Origin: Bdellovibrionota bacterium
Lineage (GTDB): Bacteria; Bdellovibrionota_C; UBA2361; JBIKWN01
Reading direction: 5' to 3'
NCBI GenBank assembly: GCA_044356295.1
Contig: JBIKWN010000020.1
Location: forward strand, 1-37,898
DNA length: 37,898 bases
Positions within the stretch are counted from its first letter, which is position 1; each line of letters starts with the position of its first letter. Below the pieces are notes generated by a model that was not told the origin of the DNA, made no database searches, and worked only from the letters and a program-made list of their open reading frames with translations. Shown one piece after another: positions 36,540 through 37,898 of this stretch. Made by a program: the position numbers and the translations under genes.

Positions 36540-37898
36540 ATGCCAGATCGCTTTAGTTCCACAGTAGCTGCTTCACAAAATATTGCTCAAAGCTTTTTTG
36601 ATATCTGTACGAGCGACCCCTCCTCTAAAGCTTATTTCTACGCTATTTCAGACCCCTCTGGAAAGATTCAGTGGGAATCCCGGACAAGGTCAGAATCACT
36701 CCAAAGAGTTCAAAAAATTCACCTCTATTTAAAATCAATTGGCGTCTCACAGGGATCAAAGGTTGCCATCCTCTCCGGTACCCGTCCTGAGTGGATTGAA
36801 ATTGACATTGCTATTCTATCACTTGGAGGAATCTGTGTATCAATTTACCCGTCTCTCCCAGCCACTGATGTTGGTTTTATTTTGGCCGACTCCGAGAGCA
36901 CAATTATTTTCGCTGAGAATCAAGAACAGGTAGATAAATTATGTTGGCTCTCTCAAAATCAAATTACTCTTCCTGCCAGGGACCACATCCCTGAATCAGT
37001 TACACAAATAACATTTAAAAAAGTAATTGTAATCGAAGAACTACTTCACGAACCAATCGAAACTATCGCACTTTCAAAAATCTTAACGTATGAGCTACCG
37101 CAAAATTTTTCTGTGGATACTTCATCAATATCAAGAGATTCGATTTCTTCGCTTGTGTATACTTCTGGAACCACCGGTCCAGCAAAAGGAGTCATTCAAA
37201 CTCATGGAAATCATCTTGCCAATGTAGAGCAAGCAATCTTATCAAAGATGTTTGCATTAAGTGGCACCCTTTTTCTTTTTCTTCCACTCGCTCACTCGTT
37301 CGCAAGACTCCTTGGATATGTTGGATTTCTTACTCCAGTCACTTTAAAATTCTGTGGAGTATCAAGTACCACTACGTCGAAAGTAGATCTTGTGCGGGTT
37401 GCAAAAGAGATGTGTTCAGCATCGTCAAATGTAGTTCCTGCAGTACCAAGACTTTTTGAAAAAATAAAAGACTCTCTGTTTCAAAAAAGTACTGGCACTA
37501 AACTCTCTTCCCGAATTCTCAAGATGACAATCAATGCTGCACGAAAAACATGGGATGCTCGTACGCGTAACACATCAGTCTCGCTCTTAGATCAGATAGT
37601 TTTTACTGCGACTTCTTCCATTCGTCTAAAAATCAAACAGCAAATCTTTGGTAAAGATTTTCAACATGGCATTTCGGGTGGAGCAAAACTTCCAGTAGAT
37701 GTGGCCGAATTTTTTTGGAGCCTTGAGATACCGATATTTGAAGGATATGGGCTGACAGAAACGTGCGTAGCAACAAATGTAAATCGCACTGATAGATTTA
37801 AAATTGGAAGTGTTGGACCAGCTGTTGAAAGAGTTGAAACAAAAATTGCTGAAGACGGAGAAATTCTTTTTAAAGGCCCTAATATTACAAAAGGTTAT
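36540..37898 (+). CDS. fadD: Long-chain fatty acid-CoA ligase (AMP-binding), runs off the window end
   Basis: Not in the ORF track. ATG 36540 (MPDRFSS...), VAILSGTRPEW, YTSGTTGPAKGV.QTHGN, FLPLAHSFAR, SGGAKL, EGYGLTET, GSVG, DGEILFKGPNITKGY. Confidence 0.93.
   Translation, partial: MPDRFSSTVAASQNIAQSFFDICTSDPSSKAYFYAISDPSGKIQWESRTRSESLQRVQKIHLYLKSIGVSQGSKVAILSGTRPEWIEIDIAILSLGGICVSIYPSLPATDVGFILADSESTIIFAENQEQVDKLCWLSQNQITLPARDHIPESVTQITFKKVIVIEELLHEPIETIALSKILTYELPQNFSVDTSSISRDSISSLVYTSGTTGPAKGVIQTHGNHLANVEQAILSKMFALSGTLFLFLPLAHSFARLLGYVGFLTPVTLKFCGVSSTTTSKVDLVRVAKEMCSASSNVVPAVPRLFEKIKDSLFQKSTGTKLSSRILKMTINAARKTWDARTRNTSVSLLDQIVFTATSSIRLKIKQQIFGKDFQHGISGGAKLPVDVAEFFWSLEIPIFEGYGLTETCVATNVNRTDRFKIGSVGPAVERVETKIAEDGEILFKGPNITKGY

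Noticed and set aside
36739..36933. 64-aa plus-strand ORF
   Set aside because: It is an out-of-frame shadow inside the fadD reading frame.
1..37898. CRISPR arrays, tRNA/rRNA genes, integrase/att sites, reverse transcriptase or DGR/retron, toxin-antitoxin or prophage genes
   Set aside because: None recognised by eye. Intergenic gaps are short and AT-rich, and no periodic repeats were seen.

Overview
Gene-dense, AT-rich bacterial chromosomal segment. The Geobacter/Bdellovibrio-type PutA sequences and the HDOD signalling protein suggest a deltaproteobacterial or Bdellovibrionota-like host, but that is inference only. The left third (1-13122) is an unusual type IV secretion locus. On the minus strand are a TraD/DotL-type coupling ATPase (absent from the ORF track because it runs off the window) and an overlapping 626-aa membrane partner. 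Divergently on the plus strand runs a compact operon: secreted non-pilin protein, traL, traE, traK, traB, traV, a DotD/secretin-N0-like lipoprotein, traC, a second TraV-like lipoprotein, a small membrane protein, a bacterial PH-domain protein and an SH3 protein. No pilin, TraW/U/N/F/H/G, relaxase or integrase is visible in the window. Next come a solitary RAYT-type HUH transposase and an M23 peptidase-ppx-tandem Tmk-like operon whose second kinase lacks the P-loop lysine. The remainder is ordinary housekeeping and metabolism: map, EVE, PPTase, HAD, DTW, dxs, SAM hydrolase, DUF3833, methylcrotonyl-CoA carboxylase, a split PutA, a hybrid histidine kinase-HDOD-receiver module, DedA and a partial fadD. 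At DNA level there are two sharp G/T-to-C/A third-codon-position switches flanking the RAYT and several sigma-28-like motifs. No rRNA, tRNA or CRISPR array was recognised.
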